DNA from: an uncultured bacterium
GTDB lineage: Bacteria; Margulisbacteria; WOR-1; JAKLHX01
Direction of reading: 5' to 3'
Assembly: GCA_964532225.1 (NCBI GenBank)
Contig: CAZHHM010000002.1
Span: 47,982-111,981, forward strand
Length of the DNA stretch: 64,000 nt
The notes beneath the pieces are model-generated. The model saw only the letters and a program-made list of their open reading frames with translations. It was not told the DNA's origin and searched no databases. The position numbers and the translations under genes were made by a program. Shown here one piece after another: positions 1 through 8,424 of the stretch (its first letter is position 1; the number at the start of each line of letters is the position of its first letter).

Positions 1-77
1 CGACCAGGATGGATTACGGAAGGGTATCAAAAGTGCTCAGGAGCTTCGCTGATATCCTGGAGGAGTTCGAAATATGA
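1..77 (+). CDS. 3' end of upstream gene (partial), possibly hrcA
   Basis: Frame-3 ORF runs from the window edge to TGA at 75-77, overlapping the grpE ATG (ATGA coupling). The hrcA-grpE-dnaK order is common, but 25 aa is too little to identify. Confidence 0.25.
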   Translation, partial: TRMDYGRVSKVLRSFADILEEFEI

Positions 78-616
78 AGATAGTCGGAGGAGAAAAAATG
101 CATCACGACAAGGAAGAGACGACCGTGACCGCGGCTGAGCTTGAAGAGCTGAAAAAGCAGATAGACGAGAAGGAATGCAAGCTTGAGGAGCAGAAGAACC
201 AGATACTGCGCCTTATGGCCGATTTTGACAATTTCAAGAAAAGGGCCGCCTCAGAAAGGGACGAGATCATATGCTTCAGCAACGAAGTGCTTGTCCTTGA
301 GCTGCTCCCCATCCTTGATAACTTCGAAAGGGCCCTGTCCCATGCCGAAAAGGACCCCGCATCCGCAAGTTCCGAGTTCATGAAAGGCATGGCTCTCATC
401 AAGAGGCAGCTTCAGGATGTCCTTACAAAAGTGGGACTATCCCCTGTCGAGGCCATCGGGAAGCAGTTCGACCCGTACCTCCATGAAGCCGTACTGACGA
501 GGGAAAGTGACCAGGAGGACAACATCGTGGTTGAGGAAATGCAGAAAGGCTACAAGCTGAAAGAAAAGGTCATCAGACCGTCAATGGTAATAGTATCAAA
601 GAAAGGAGCGAACTAG
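74..616 (+). CDS. grpE: Nucleotide exchange factor GrpE
   Basis: 180 aa with coiled-coil N-terminus and GrpE-like C-terminal beta domain (…[20 protein letters not shown]…). Lies immediately upstream of dnaK. Confidence 0.9.
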   Translation: MKIVGGEKMHHDKEETTVTAAELEELKKQIDEKECKLEEQKNQILRLMADFDNFKKRAASERDEIICFSNEVLVLELLPILDNFERALSHAEKDPASASSEFMKGMALIKRQLQDVLTKVGLSPVEAIGKQFDPYLHEAVLTRESDQEDNIVVEEMQKGYKLKEKVIRPSMVIVSKKGAN

Positions 617-617
617 A

Positions 618-2519
618 ATGAGCAAGATCATCGGGATCGATCTGGGAACGACGAACAGCTGCTGCGCGGTAGTGATCGGGGGCGAACCCACCGTCATACC
701 GAGCTCGGAAGGAGAGAGGATAGTCCCTTCCGTAGTGGGATTCCCCAAACCTGAGGAAAGGATAGTCGGCAGGGTGGCAAAAAGACAGTCCATAACCAAC
801 CCTGAGAACACCGTCTATTCGATCAAGAGGTTCATGGGAAGGAGATACAGCGAAGTCAGCGAAGAGATGAAGCTCGTCCCCTACAAAGTAGTAGACGGTT
901 CCGGCGGAGTTTCGGTCAGCATCAGGGACAAACAGTACTCCCCTCCCGAAATATCGGCCATGGTGCTGCAGAAGATCAAGACCGACGCCGAGGCCTATCT
1001 CGGAGAAAAAGTCTCCAAAGCCGTGATAACTGTCCCTGCCTATTTCAATGACAGCCAAAGACAGGCGACAAAGGACGCGGGCACTATCGCAGGGCTTGAA
1101 GTGGTCAGGATAATAAACGAACCGACGGCCGCGGCCCTCGCTTACGGCCTGGACAAGAAAAAAGCGGAAAAGATAGCCGTATACGACCTCGGAGGCGGCA
1201 CTTTCGATATCTCCATACTTGAGATCGGGGACGGCGTGTTCGAGGTAAGATCGACCAACGGCGACACTCATCTCGGCGGGGACAATTTCGACGAGAGGAT
1301 AGTGAGCTGGCTGACGGACGAGTTCAGAAAAGAGACTGGGATCGACCTCAAGAGCGACAGGATGGCCCTCCAAAGGCTAAGGGATGCCGGAGAAAAAGCA
1401 AAATGCGAGCTTTCGACCGTATTTGAAACGGAGATAAACCTCCCGTTCATCACGGCCGACGCTTCAGGCCCGAAACATCTGGTGATCAAACTTACCAGAG
1501 CAAAGCTGGAGCAGATCGTGGACGACCTTATCCAGAGGACTCTCGGCCCTGTAAAACAGGCACTTTCCGACGCCAAGCTCTCTGCAAGCGAGATCGACGA
1601 AGTGATCCTTGTCGGTGGTCAGACCAGGACACCTAAAGTACAGCAGGCCGTTAGAGACCTTTTCGGCAAGGAACCCAACAAATCAGTGAACCCGGACGAG
1701 GTGGTGGCCGTAGGGGCCGCTCTTCAGGGAGGCGTGCTTGCGGGCGACGTCAAGGAAATGGTCCTTTTGGACGTCACTCCCCTATCGCTAGGCATCGAGA
1801 CGCTCGGGAACGTCATGACCACGCTCATCCCGAGGAACACTACCATCCCGACATCGAAGAGCGAAGTGTTCTCGACGGCTGGGGACGGCCAGACCAGCGT
1901 TGAGGTGCACGTGCTTCAGGGCGAAAGGACAATGGCAGCCGACAACAGGACACTTGGCAGGTTCCATCTGGAAGGCATCCCGGCCGCTCCAAGGGGAGTA
2001 CCGCAGATCGAAGTGACCTTCGATATCGATGCCAACGGCATACTGCATGTCAGCGCCAAGGACAAGGGAACAGGTAAAGAGCAGAAGATCTCGATAACGG
2101 CATCCTCAGGGCTATCAAAAGAGGATATCGACAAGATGCAGAAAGAAGCTGCCGCCCACGAATCAGATGACAAGAAGAAGAAGGAAGAGGCCGAGCTCCG
2201 CAACCAGGCGGACAACCTCGCCTACTCTTCGGAAAAGACGCTTAAAGACCTCGGGGACAAAGTCGACTCGGTAACAAGGGATAAAGTGCTTAAAGGAATA
2301 GAGGAGCTGAAGGACGCGCTCAAAGGCACTGCTTCCGAAAAGATAAAGGCGGCATTTGAGAACCTGCAAAAGTCCGTATATGAAATGTCTTCCAAGGTCT
2401 ATCAGGCGCAGCAGCCGGGCCAAGGACAAGAACAAGCTCAAGGGCAAGCTGAAGGGCCTGCTGCAGGCGGCGATGACAAGACTATCAACGCTGAGTGGAA
2501 AGAATCGGATAATAAGTAG
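618..2519 (+). CDS. dnaK: Chaperone DnaK (Hsp70)
   Basis: 633 aa. Carries the hallmark motifs [19 protein letters not shown] and [11 protein letters not shown], plus a C-terminal lid with GQ-rich tail. Confidence 0.97.
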   Translation: MSKIIGIDLGTTNSCCAVVIGGEPTVIPSSEGERIVPSVVGFPKPEERIVGRVAKRQSITNPENTVYSIKRFMGRRYSEVSEEMKLVPYKVVDGSGGVSVSIRDKQYSPPEISAMVLQKIKTDAEAYLGEKVSKAVITVPAYFNDSQRQATKDAGTIAGLEVVRIINEPTAAALAYGLDKKKAEKIAVYDLGGGTFDISILEIGDGVFEVRSTNGDTHLGGDNFDERIVSWLTDEFRKETGIDLKSDRMALQRLRDAGEKAKCELSTVFETEINLPFITADASGPKHLVIKLTRAKLEQIVDDLIQRTLGPVKQALSDAKLSASEIDEVILVGGQTRTPKVQQAVRDLFGKEPNKSVNPDEVVAVGAALQGGVLAGDVKEMVLLDVTPLSLGIETLGNVMTTLIPRNTTIPTSKSEVFSTAGDGQTSVEVHVLQGERTMAADNRTLGRFHLEGIPAAPRGVPQIEVTFDIDANGILHVSAKDKGTGKEQKISITASSGLSKEDIDKMQKEAAAHESDDKKKKEEAELRNQADNLAYSSEKTLKDLGDKVDSVTRDKVLKGIEELKDALKGTASEKIKAAFENLQKSVYEMSSKVYQAQQPGQGQEQAQGQAEGPAAGGDDKTINAEWKESDNK

Positions 2520-2522
2520 CAG

Positions 2523-2590
2523 ATAGGGGCTAGGGGCTGGGGACTGGGGGATAGAAAACTCAGTTCACTAGCCCCTAGCCACCAGCCCCT
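2523..2590. terminator. Imperfect palindrome (aggggctaggggctgg / ccagcccctagcccct) between convergent dnaK and paralog 1
   Basis: Inverted GC-rich arms were seen directly. There is no clean U-run; a possible bidirectional terminator. Confidence 0.3.
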
Positions 2591-2596
2591 TCTCCC

Positions 2597-3562
2597 CTAC
2601 TTAACCACCACCGTCTGCCTTGTCTGGACCTTATCCCCTGCTATTAGCGTGCAGTTATACACTCCGCTGTTCTCTCCTGAAGCATCCCAGGTTACCGAAG
2701 ACGTTCCTGGTTGCAGGTTGGCAAGTTCGAAAGTTTTGACTGTGCGGCCGAGCATATCCGTTATAACTAACTTTGCTTCTGTGCTGTTTGTTTTAAAGGG
2801 TATCGAGGTCGTACCTGTTGCCGGATTTGGATAGTTCTGGAACAGCTCCAATGTTATCTTGTCAGAAGGAGCATTAAAATCATCAGGCGAATTGTCGCCC
2901 CATATCTTGGAATGAGGCAGCATGGTCCTTCCTCTGCTCAGATAAGAGAACCCTCTCTTCACCTCTTCGCCGCAATCATCGAACGTGTATAGTTCCCCGT
3001 CCGATGCGTCCAATACGAACTGGTATTCCCTGTCAGATGTTAGAACGATCCTCTCTTTATAGTCCGCTTCTTGTATGCCGTACTTCTCAAGTTCGGCAGT
3101 CATGCTGTTAACAAGGTCTACTGAGAACTGGATATTGCCGTCCCCTCCTATCATCCTCACCTCTAGATGCTCCGTATCGGCCCCCATTTTCTTGAGAGCA
3201 TCAAACATCTCTTTCATCCCCTCTTCAACATAGGTACCCGCGTCAAAATGCGCCATCATCCCGGAACCGGTCGTTCTATCGTACAGGGTCAGCATTACGC
3301 ATGTATTGACGCTCATCGTGAAGGCTTTGTTGAATTTGGCATGCCCGCTTTTTATGAGCATATAGCTCCTCTGGCCTATCATGCAGTATCCCTGGTCCTG
3401 AAAAGAATCAGGTATGAACGGTATCGACTTTCTTGAGATCTTTTGTAGAGAAGGTCGGTCAATATCAGACACCCTCGTTGCCCCGTCACTCACGACCCTT
3501 GCCGGGACCGATGTCTGACAATTATCAACAACAGGCCTATGAAAGCCCCTTATTGTGGTCAT
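2597..3562 (-). CDS. CheD-like deamidase domain fused to C-terminal Por_Secre_tail/FlgD-Ig-like domain
   Basis: Residues ~75-110 (SVNTCVMLTLYDRTTGSGMMAHF) resemble the CheD Cys-His core (LGSCVGVALYDP..IGG..H.MLP). The C-terminal ~80 aa (NYPNPATGTTSIPF…VITDMLGRTV…GVYNCTLIAGDKVQTRQ) is the shared CTD. No N-terminal signal peptide. Confidence 0.5.
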   Translation of the reverse strand: MTTIRGFHRPVVDNCQTSVPARVVSDGATRVSDIDRPSLQKISRKSIPFIPDSFQDQGYCMIGQRSYMLIKSGHAKFNKAFTMSVNTCVMLTLYDRTTGSGMMAHFDAGTYVEEGMKEMFDALKKMGADTEHLEVRMIGGDGNIQFSVDLVNSMTAELEKYGIQEADYKERIVLTSDREYQFVLDASDGELYTFDDCGEEVKRGFSYLSRGRTMLPHSKIWGDNSPDDFNAPSDKITLELFQNYPNPATGTTSIPFKTNSTEAKLVITDMLGRTVKTFELANLQPGTSSVTWDASGENSGVYNCTLIAGDKVQTRQTVVVK

Positions 3563-3674
3563 AGTTGTTCTTCTGATATTCTATCGTTGAAAGTACTTAA
3601 GAAATTGCATGAAAGAAAGGGTACAGAAGAAAAGAATAATTTCTGACTGTACCCCGTCCCCTGTTCCCTATTCC

Positions 3675-4934
3675 CTACTTCACCAACGTCATCTGCCTCG
3701 TCTGGACCTTGTCCCCGGCTATCAGAGTGCAGTTATACACTCCGCTGTTCTCACCTGAAGCATCCCAGGTCACGGAATTGGTTCCAGGTTGCAGGTTGGC
3801 AAGTTCAAAGGTTTTCACTGTTCTACCAAGCACGTCACTTATTACAACCTTTGCATCCCCTGCTTTAGGCAGAGAAAAGCTTATCGTCGTAACAGGATTG
3901 AACGGGTTAGGATAGTTCTGCTTGAGTGAAAACAGCATTTCCGCCTGTTCTCCCTCAACATCAGTAGTCGGGCAGCCGTTAAGCGTGGCAAGGTATTTGA
4001 TATATTCAAGGCCTTTTTTGTATTCGTCTGATGCATTTTCTGCACCAAATGCCATTATATGGACCACACTCGGCATTACTTCTTTCCATCTGCAGTCCAC
4101 AAAGGGGATATACTCACCTCTCGGCGAACCACCCTTTTGATAAGGTTTGACATATAGGTCAAGGTTCGCAAAATTAAGCATATAATATGTACCCCACGTG
4201 CTTCCACTTGATCCGATAGTTCTGTCGTCCGCAAAGGCCTCAAATCCGGATGTGTCAAAGTTCATTCTGATCTGGGAATGATATGATCGATCACTGCTTA
4301 TGCTTTTAAAGAATGCCGTCGTGAAAGGGATGTCTTCCTGCCATTTAACTCCCAGAAAACGGTCTATCGGACTATCGGGGATCAAAGGTTTTATATCTCC
4401 ACTCGCGGTTGCAAGCATTCCTTTGGCATAAAGAATATAGTCCTCAACAGCCCCCAGTTCAGGATAGTCTTCTTTGAGATACGACAGGGTTTGAGCAACA
4501 TAATCAAGGACATCGCCGGCACTGTGCTCGTTAAAACCGAAAAAAGATCCCTTCGGGTACAATTGGTCATAAGGAAGACTTATATACCTGTAGGGATTGC
4601 TTGAGATCGTTATGATCCCTTTGGTTATATTGAACTCCAAAGGACTGGGCATCATATCGGTCCTTATTGCATCGTGCCTGAGGATATACGCTCCATTCTC
4701 CTCTTCGATAGTCAGCTTTGCTCTAATATATGTGCCGGACTGTTTTTCAAAGACCCGTCCTTGAAAATACTCCAGATCATATGGTATATGCATCTTGTCT
4801 TTTGGGATCGGCAATCCTTGTGCCGCTTGAGCGGTCGGCCTCTGGACATCGGCAACTTTCTTCGGATCCTCGCCTCTTTCGATAGAACCTGCAACCTGCA
4901 ACCTTGAACCTGAAACTGCATTGACATTGATCAT
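3675..4934 (-). CDS. Paralog 2: hypothetical protein with C-terminal Por_Secre_tail/FlgD-Ig-like domain
   Basis: 419 aa with a strong SD (AAGGGGGGAG) 7 nt upstream of the ATG. N-terminal 35 aa are identical to paralog 3. The C-terminal CTD (NYPNPFNPVTTISFSL…) is shared with 2597-3562, 5055-6317 and 30090-31406. Confidence 0.6.
   Translation of the reverse strand: MINVNAVSGSRLQVAGSIERGEDPKKVADVQRPTAQAAQGLPIPKDKMHIPYDLEYFQGRVFEKQSGTYIRAKLTIEEENGAYILRHDAIRTDMMPSPLEFNITKGIITISSNPYRYISLPYDQLYPKGSFFGFNEHSAGDVLDYVAQTLSYLKEDYPELGAVEDYILYAKGMLATASGDIKPLIPDSPIDRFLGVKWQEDIPFTTAFFKSISSDRSYHSQIRMNFDTSGFEAFADDRTIGSSGSTWGTYYMLNFANLDLYVKPYQKGGSPRGEYIPFVDCRWKEVMPSVVHIMAFGAENASDEYKKGLEYIKYLATLNGCPTTDVEGEQAEMLFSLKQNYPNPFNPVTTISFSLPKAGDAKVVISDVLGRTVKTFELANLQPGTNSVTWDASGENSGVYNCTLIAGDKVQTRQMTLVK
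4780..4934 (-). repeat. Near-identical ~155-nt 5' block shared by paralogs 2 and 3 (copy A)
   Basis: DNA-level near identity with 6160-6317, including tandem gcaggtt units (caggttgcaggttgcaggttc on the coding strand). Confidence 0.8.
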
Positions 4935-5054
4935 ATTTAGCTCCCCCCTTTTGAAAGCTATTTTGATCCGTATCGCAGCTCGCCTGCCTGCCGGCAGGCA
5001 GGCAGCTCGCCCGGATTTTCCGGAAACGAACTGCGAGCTGCCAACTGCCAGCTG

Positions 5055-6317
5055 CTACTTAACCAGCGCCATCTGCCTCGTCTGGACCTTGTCCCCGGCT
5101 ATCAGAGTGCAGTTATACACTCCGCTGTTCTCACCTGAAGCATCCCAGGTTACCTGATGCGTTCCCGGCTCAAGACCGCCAAGTTCATAAGACTTGACCG
5201 TTCTTCCGAGAGTGTCGGTTATCATGATCTTTACGTCAGAGCGTTGAGCAAGCGAAAATGCTATCGTAGTTACAGGATTGAACGGGTTAGGATAGTTCTG
5301 CTTGAGCTCGAATGCCGCTTCCACCGCGCCCCCTTCTACCCCTGTCACATCGCATCTCTTGAACTGCTCGATGTACTTCAGGTAGTCGTAGAGCCGCAAA
5401 CCTTCAGGTGTAGGTTTAACGGCATTGACCAGTGAAGCGTGCTTCTGCATTAATCTCAGCTCTTGCGCCCAGTTACATGAATAAAGCGGTACAGGTTCCG
5501 GAAGAACTATGTTGCTCGGAAATCCTTTGTCCACATAGATCGTGAGGTCCAGGAGGTCCAGAGCATGATGATATTTCCATTTTGGACCCGGAGTCTGATC
5601 TATCCAATATGTTTCTATTGTGAATGTGTTGCGGCTCTCATTATACTTTGATGTGATCCAGGAATAGAAGGTCGTCCTTGGAGTATCAATTTCCCGTCCG
5701 TCAGCAAAGAACAGCAGCTGCTCGCTCCAATCGGTGCAGATGAACCATGGTATCTTAGGGACTATCCCTGTTTTCCCAAGTTCTCCCGCCGGCAGCTTAG
5801 CAATGAGCATTGACAGATAATCTATCGTCTTTTGCGCATCTGCTGCTCCGCTTCCTTTGGCAACTTCCTGGACGTAAGAAAGCATTGTTGCCAGGTAGTC
5901 GGCTCCATTTTCTTTATGAACGAGAGTTTTTTGATAAGGCAATGCGCACCAGTCAACTTTGCTGCCAATACCAGATGAATACTCTATCGTCATTATGGTG
6001 CCGTTCGTCAGGTCAAAGTTGAAATTCCATGTTTTGCCCAGTGATTTCTTTTCAAGGTAAACAAAATAGGCGCCTTTATCCTCCGTGATGCTCAGCAGGA
6101 ACTTGCTGTTCGAAACCGGATCGGTATACTCGAACTCTTCCCCGGCATAGTAGTCCATATCTCCCGGAAAATACATTTTGTCGGCAGGGATCGGCGCTTT
6201 AGCAGCCTGCGGAGCGGTCGGCCTCTGGACATCGGCAACTTTCTTCGGATCCTCGCCTCTTTCGATAGAACCTGCAACCTGCAACCTTGAACCTGAAACT
6301 GCATTGACATTGATCAT
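5055..6317 (-). CDS. Paralog 3: hypothetical protein with C-terminal Por_Secre_tail/FlgD-Ig-like domain
   Basis: 420 aa. Same N-terminus (MINVNAVSGSRLQVAGSIERGEDPKKVADVQRPTA) and same CTD as paralog 2, with a divergent central region. Confidence 0.6.
   Translation of the reverse strand: MINVNAVSGSRLQVAGSIERGEDPKKVADVQRPTAPQAAKAPIPADKMYFPGDMDYYAGEEFEYTDPVSNSKFLLSITEDKGAYFVYLEKKSLGKTWNFNFDLTNGTIMTIEYSSGIGSKVDWCALPYQKTLVHKENGADYLATMLSYVQEVAKGSGAADAQKTIDYLSMLIAKLPAGELGKTGIVPKIPWFICTDWSEQLLFFADGREIDTPRTTFYSWITSKYNESRNTFTIETYWIDQTPGPKWKYHHALDLLDLTIYVDKGFPSNIVLPEPVPLYSCNWAQELRLMQKHASLVNAVKPTPEGLRLYDYLKYIEQFKRCDVTGVEGGAVEAAFELKQNYPNPFNPVTTIAFSLAQRSDVKIMITDTLGRTVKSYELGGLEPGTHQVTWDASGENSGVYNCTLIAGDKVQTRQMALVK
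6160..6317 (-). repeat. Near-identical ~155-nt 5' block shared by paralogs 2 and 3 (copy B)
   Basis: Same sequence as 4780-4934, extending into the first ~35 codons. Confidence 0.8.
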
Positions 6318-6580
6318 ATTTAGCTCCCCCCTTTAAGAGCTGAAACGTTGGGAGCACCGAACCTCCATCCTGCCCCCCCCTACGGGTATATATCGTGAAT
6401 TTTCAGCGGAAATTTCATGTGATCAGGAAAGCAGAAGAAAGGGTCCCGTCTGCCTCTAGGACACGGTTTGCTTAACTTCGTCCGCTAAGATATTCTTCGG
6501 TCATTCCAGTCAGTCTCCCCTTACAGTCTTTCAATACAGTCTCCCCAATACAGTCTCCCCAAAACCGTCTCCCTCAAACT

Positions 6581-6586
6581 GCTATA
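6581..6586 (+). promoter_or_regulatory. TATAAT -10 hexamer 8 nt upstream of the dnaJ ATG (possible leaderless start), preceded by acagtctcccc direct repeats
   Basis: The sequence ctgctataattaactcATG was seen. Three to four copies of (t)acagtctcccc lie at 6520-6575. Confidence 0.25.
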
Positions 6587-6594
6587 ATTAACTC

Positions 6595-7680
6595 ATGCCC
6601 TCCAAAGACTATTATTCATCCCTCGGCGTGTCAAAGAACGCGTCACAGGACGAGATAAAAGCGGCCTTCAGGAAGCTTGCAAGGCAATATCATCCCGACA
6701 TAAATAAAGACCCGGGTGCAACAGATAAGTTCAAGGAAATAAATGAAGCCTACCAGGTGCTCGGCGACCCCAAAAAAAGACAGCAGTTCGACACCTACGG
6801 TTCTGTAGGAAACGATCTTGGCGGGTTCAACATGAACGAGATAAACCTCGAAGACCTTTTTCAGGGTTTTGCGGGTGGCGGAGGAGGAGCTTTCGGGGAT
6901 GTTTTTGAGACGTTCTTCGGCGGCGGAGGAGGCCGCAGACAGCAGACAGGACCTCAACCCGGTAATGACCTAAGATATGATATGCATCTCGACCTTGAAG
7001 AGGCATTCTCCGGAGGCGAAAAGGAGATAGAGTTCGAACACTTTGAAAAATGCTCTCCGTGCAAAGGTTCAGGTTCCGAGGCCGGCTCGGGGACAAAGAA
7101 ATGCTCATCCTGCAACGGCACCGGACAGGTAAGGCATGCGACAAGGACCATATTCGGCAGTTTCCAGCAGATAGCTCCCTGTGCCGCTTGCGCAGGTCGC
7201 GGCGAAATAGTAGAAAAGCCCTGTAAAACCTGCAGAGGCACCGGAAGGACAAGGGTCAAAACAAAAAGGAAGGTCGAGGTCCCGGCAGGCATTGACCACG
7301 GCTACAGGTTGAGGGTCGGAGGTGCCGGCGATGTAGGCGAAAGAGGCGGACGCGCGGGCGATCTTTATGTTTTCATAACCGTAAAGCCCGACAAGAAGTT
7401 CAAACGTCAGGGCAATGACCTTTTTGTGCTTGAAAAAGTGGATTTTGTCAGTGCCATACTGGGAGACGAGATAACCGTTCCCATGTTCGACGGGGATATA
7501 AAGGTCAAGGTACAGCCCGGAACACAGCCCAATACCGTGATCAGGGTAAAAGGCAAAGGGATGCCCCACCTGCAGAGCAGGAGCAGAGGCGACCTGTTCG
7601 TCGAGGTGCAGGTAGAGATACCGACCAGACTGTCTAAAGAGCAGACAGAGCTGTTAAAGAAGATAAAAGGGTTGAAATGA
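6595..7680 (+). CDS. dnaJ: Chaperone DnaJ
   Basis: J domain with HPD motif (YHPDINKD), G/F-rich linker, and four CxxCxGxG zinc-finger repeats. Confidence 0.95.
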   Translation: MPSKDYYSSLGVSKNASQDEIKAAFRKLARQYHPDINKDPGATDKFKEINEAYQVLGDPKKRQQFDTYGSVGNDLGGFNMNEINLEDLFQGFAGGGGGAFGDVFETFFGGGGGRRQQTGPQPGNDLRYDMHLDLEEAFSGGEKEIEFEHFEKCSPCKGSGSEAGSGTKKCSSCNGTGQVRHATRTIFGSFQQIAPCAACAGRGEIVEKPCKTCRGTGRTRVKTKRKVEVPAGIDHGYRLRVGGAGDVGERGGRAGDLYVFITVKPDKKFKRQGNDLFVLEKVDFVSAILGDEITVPMFDGDIKVKVQPGTQPNTVIRVKGKGMPHLQSRSRGDLFVEVQVEIPTRLSKEQTELLKKIKGLK

Positions 7681-8423
7681 TACGACTGTTCGTTCCTAAA
7701 GAGCAGCTGGCAGTTAGCAGCTCGCAGCTGGCCGTACAGGGAACTGACGTAAATTACCTTAAGAACGTAATGAGGCTTGGGCCCGGAGATGAGATCGTCT
7801 GCTTTGACGGTTCAGGGACAGAATACCTTTCGAAGATAGCTTCATACGAAAAAGAAAAAGCCATTCTGGAAATAGTTACTACAAGAAAACCCGACATCGA
7901 GTCCCCTATCAGGATAACTTTGGCCCAGGGACTGCCTAAAGGCCAAAAGATGGATGACATCGTAAGGCAGACAACCGAGCTCGGAGTAGCAGAGATCATA
8001 CCTGTGATCACCGAAAGGTCTATCGGCAAAGGCGACAAACATGAGAGATGGCAAAAGATCGCCAAAGAAGCCGCGGAGCAGTCGGGCCGCACATCTGTCC
8101 CGACGATCAGCAAAGTGACAAAATTTAAGGATTTCCTGGCTACCGGCCACTGGCTGCCCGGCTCCCTGCATATAATGGCTTGGGAATCCGAACGCACTGC
8201 AACATTAAGGTCCGTTTTATCCGAACTAGCCCCTAGCCCCGAGACCCCGGCATCTATCTGCGTTCTCATCGGCCCCGAAGGCGGCTTTTCTCAGAAAGAG
8301 GCCGAAGAAGCAAAGGATGCCGGGTTTATCCCCGTTTCTCTGGGAAAGACGATCTTACGAACAGAAACAGCCGGACCGTCTGTTATTTCAATGCTTAACT
8401 ATCATTTCTGGAAGCAAAAATAG
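7677..8423 (+). CDS. rsmE: 16S rRNA (uracil1498-N3)-methyltransferase RsmE
   Basis: 248 aa. PUA-like N-terminus and C-terminal SPOUT motifs (GPEGGFSQKEAEEAKDAGF…SLGKTILRTETA). Lies downstream of dnaJ, as in many bacteria. Confidence 0.85.
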   Translation: MIRLFVPKEQLAVSSSQLAVQGTDVNYLKNVMRLGPGDEIVCFDGSGTEYLSKIASYEKEKAILEIVTTRKPDIESPIRITLAQGLPKGQKMDDIVRQTTELGVAEIIPVITERSIGKGDKHERWQKIAKEAAEQSGRTSVPTISKVTKFKDFLATGHWLPGSLHIMAWESERTATLRSVLSELAPSPETPASICVLIGPEGGFSQKEAEEAKDAGFIPVSLGKTILRTETAGPSVISMLNYHFWKQK

Positions 8424-8424
8424 C

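Noticed and set aside
30-60. CIRCE (HrcA operator, TTAGCACTC-N9-GAGTGCTAA) upstream of grpE
   Set aside because: Only a partial aagtgctcaggagc was found with no inverted partner. The true promoter probably lies upstream of the window.
573-1373. Long antisense ORFs opposite well-supported genes (573-1373-, 7105-7569-, 13359-14177+, 14852-15523+, 30066-31175+, 56251-56841-, 58888-59916-, among others)
   Set aside because: Each lies fully inside and antisense to a gene with strong family motifs (dnaK, dnaJ, metV, lysS, GH26, ppdK, dgt/dnaG). They are typical shadow ORFs in GC-moderate DNA.
2597-6317. Calling the shared C-terminal domains definitive T9SS sorting signals and the proteins secreted
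   Set aside because: No N-terminal Sec signal peptides are detectable, and one start is fixed by a strong SD site. The domain may be a FlgD-Ig-like beta-sandwich with another role, so this is left as an open question.
8317-8424. Upstream extension of the pgm ORF overlapping rsmE by ~100 nt
   Set aside because: The conserved Pgm N-terminus begins at MKSVDHY (ATG at 8425, one base after the rsmE stop). The extension has no homology and would overlap rsmE.
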